Positions 31,685-32,000 of a stretch of 32,000 nucleotides of DNA are shown here, in pieces. This DNA comes from an uncultured Alphaproteobacteria bacterium (GTDB lineage Bacteria > Pseudomonadota > Alphaproteobacteria > Rs-D84), in the NCBI GenBank assembly GCA_963931495.1, contig OZ007020.1:450001-482000 (forward strand). The letters run 5' to 3'. The position numbers and the translations under genes are program-made. Each line of letters opens with the position of its first letter. Within the stretch, counting starts at the first letter, position 1. The notes beneath the pieces are model-generated. The model was not told the DNA's origin and ran no database searches. It worked only from the letters and a program-made list of their open reading frames with translations.

Positions 31685-31885
31685 TGCAGTGATGTGTTGT
31701 TGCTGCGGGGCGTCACAACCTCTTATCAAGTGTCTGAGTCAAGACAAAAATATATCTCCAACCATATGGTTGGAGGGACCCTGGAATATATTGAATACAG
31801 GTCGCAATTCTTGATAATTGTTGTGAACCTCCAACCACTTGAAATTATTTCCGGTGGTTTTTTGTTGCAAAAATGGGGGTTAAAG
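31685..31885 (+). promoter_or_regulatory. structured 5' leader copy C
   Basis: seg1 CTCCAACC (31756-31763), seg2 GGTTGGAGG (31768-31776), P2 GACC(C)TG[GAATATATTGAATA]CAGGTC, P3 CAATT-CTTGAT-AATTG, seg3 CCTCCAACC (31828-31836), AACCAC/GTGGTT plus T-run (31833-31864), and SD TGGGGG (31874-31879). Confidence 0.5.
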
Positions 31886-32000
31886 ATGAAAAAGATATTT
31901 ATCGCCATTGTCGCGTGCATGATCTGCAATGTTGGTTGGGATAAACAACTGATAGAACAAGAGAAGCAAAAAGACTTGAAAAACAATTATGACGCTGTTA
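31886..32000 (+). CDS. third member driven by the same leader and signal peptide (5' part only; runs off the window)
   Basis: ATG 31886 gives MKKIFIAIVACMICNVGWDKQLIEQEKQKDLKNNYDAV. The first 18 residues are almost identical to paralogue A, and the sequence then diverges completely. It is not in the ORF track because there is no stop in the window. Confidence 0.7.
   Translation, partial: MKKIFIAIVACMICNVGWDKQLIEQEKQKDLKNNYDAV

Noticed and set aside
1-32000. Search for a genomic island or mobile element context (integrase, transposase, direct repeats at tRNA-Leu) to explain the accessory Cys-rich genes.
   Set aside because: No recombinase-like ORF and no duplicated tRNA 3' end were seen. The accessory genes are scattered singly among core genes and do not form one block.

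Overview
This looks like a chromosomal segment from an alphaproteobacterium. The taxonomic call is an inference from a close CcrM homologue, the rpsF-rpsR-rplI operon and nrdR. The housekeeping genes are confidently recognisable: infA (partial), recO, a DsbA-like oxidoreductase, rpsF-rpsR-rplI, pgk, rnhB, an Slt-like lytic transglycosylase, nrdR, ccrM, clpP-clpX, tRNA-Leu(CAA), rpmB and clpB. I saw no rRNA, CRISPR array, transposase, integrase or phage genes.

The unusual content sits between these genes: many signal-peptide-bearing, cysteine-rich proteins that I cannot assign to a characterised bacterial family.
- Two tandem paralogues of 722 and 834 aa (332..5056).
- A 1431-aa protein (21294..25589) built from nested, near-identical tandem repeats of CxxC/GYY modules. 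These resemble ephrin-receptor-like/GCC2-GCC3, furin-like or Giardia-VSP-like cysteine repeats.
- Small paralogues of about 190 aa of the same module type (5813..6388, 14656..15249, and a third starting at 31886).
- A frameshifted member (27707..28574).

The three small paralogues each sit behind a promoter and a roughly 200-nt leader. All three leaders share four mutually exclusive pairing segments and stems with compensatory changes. I flag this as a candidate new cis-regulatory RNA.

Copies A and B form 387-bp inverted repeats that bracket 8.3 kb of core genes. A four-gene envelope cluster (9967..14504) ends in a MotA/ExbB-like channel and a MotB-like protein with a coiled coil and an OmpA domain. 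Its architecture matches none of the named stator systems.

All coordinates were counted by hand from the printed sequence. No similarity search, RNA folding or statistics could be run.
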